From assembly GCA_963812605.1 (NCBI GenBank), contig CAWEWF010000005.1, positions 64,001 to 128,000 on the forward strand: a stretch of DNA of 64,000 nt, read 5' to 3'. The stretch is from an uncultured Verrucomicrobiae bacterium. GTDB taxonomy: Bacteria; Verrucomicrobiota; Verrucomicrobiia; Palsa-1439. The stretch's first letter is position 1. Every line of letters begins with the position of its first letter. A program made the translations under genes and the position numbers. This document shows positions 63,300 to 64,000 of this stretch, piece after piece. The notes beneath the pieces are model-generated. The model did not search any database. It was not told the origin of the DNA and saw only the letters and a list, made by a program, of their open reading frames with translations.

Positions 63300-63389
63300 C
63301 TCGTTTCGCAATCTTCTCTAATGACGGTTTGCCTCCCGTGAAACAACTCAATGGCGTGCGGGATGATGAGTGTTAACATCAAATCAAGT

Positions 63390-64000
63390 CTACCGGGGGC
63401 CAAGCCAGCGATCAAACCATTCCTGACTTCTGAGGGCAACCACACCGTTCCGGTCGCGTGAGATGGAATCGTGGTCCTCGCCGTCGAGCAAAACCAGTTC
63501 ACTGTGATCGCGCGAGGCGGTGTGAAGCGCCTCGCTGTCATGGTAGGAAATTTTCTTGTCAGCCCTGCCGTGGATCAGCAACACATGTGCGTCTGTTTTC
63601 GCGATGGCCAGCAACGGGTTGGCGTCTTGGGGATTAAAGCCAGCCTCTCTACCGGCGCTTGCGATTGCCCTCTCGATGAAATCATCACTTAACCACCACC
63701 GGGGGAAGAACCGTCTGGCGTAGTGAAACACTTCGTCATGCATGGTCGCGAAAGGTGCCACGGCGACCACTGCCCGAACGCGCGAATCAGCCCCGGCCAG
63801 CATGATTGCCGACGCGCCACCCAGTGATATGCCAAACGCGCCGACAGGCTTCACCAACAGTTGCTGCTGTTGCAACGCATCCAGCAGTTGTACGAGGTCG
63901 CGCGATTCAATCGCGCCATAGGTCACCCATTGCCCACTGGAGCGCCCGTGGGCGCGACTATCTACGAGCACCGCACGGTAGCCTCTTGCCGCGAGTGATT
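63390..64000 (-). CDS. Alpha/beta hydrolase (5' end beyond the window)
   Basis: DSRAHGRS, GISLGG, IHGRAD, EDHD. Confidence 0.8.
   Translation of the reverse strand, partial: SLAARGYRAVLVDSRAHGRSSGQWVTYGAIESRDLVQLLDALQQQQLLVKPVGAFGISLGGASAIMLAGADSRVRAVVAVAPFATMHDEVFHYARRFFPRWWLSDDFIERAIASAGREAGFNPQDANPLLAIAKTDAHVLLIHGRADKKISYHDSEALHTASRDHSELVLLDGEDHDSISRDRNGVVALRSQEWFDRWLGPR

Overview
GC-rich bacterial chromosome segment, most likely Verrucomicrobiota. That assignment is an inference from ilvE-mcsA-mcsB-clpC, split coaC/coaB, a PEP-CTERM protein and a secreted protein with a DL..W/FYRV-type module. It is mostly housekeeping: lolD-like ABC, ilvE, mcsAB-clpC, mlaEFD, PIN/TRAM, ispD, ispF, cysS, prfB, trpCFB, yicC-gmk-coaC-coaB, msrAB, nrdR, HIT, kamA-like, rlmI-like, carboxypeptidase M32, CYTH cyclase, manA, ftsK and rimO. 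Interspersed are secreted repeat/glycan proteins, GH42/GH16/GH1 glycosidases, toxin-antitoxin (TA) patches and several REP-like palindrome families. At least nine genes carry 1-nt frameshifts, often in short homopolymers, which look like long-read errors; only the first prfB shift is clearly programmed. I saw no rRNA, tRNA, CRISPR array, integrase or transposase. The most unusual signals are: (1) a diverged ~310-325 bp non-coding module with a sigma54-like site, repeated in front of two unrelated secreted proteins; (2) an orphan ParB/Srx-like + His-less HPr + Cys/His-tail fusion gene; (3) structured leader RNA candidates before the kamA/ATP-grasp pair and before the CYTH cyclase/receiver pair; (4) a degenerate ATP-cone protein coupled to nrdR; (5) a REP element translated in frame inside rimO. 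All alignments and folds were done by eye.
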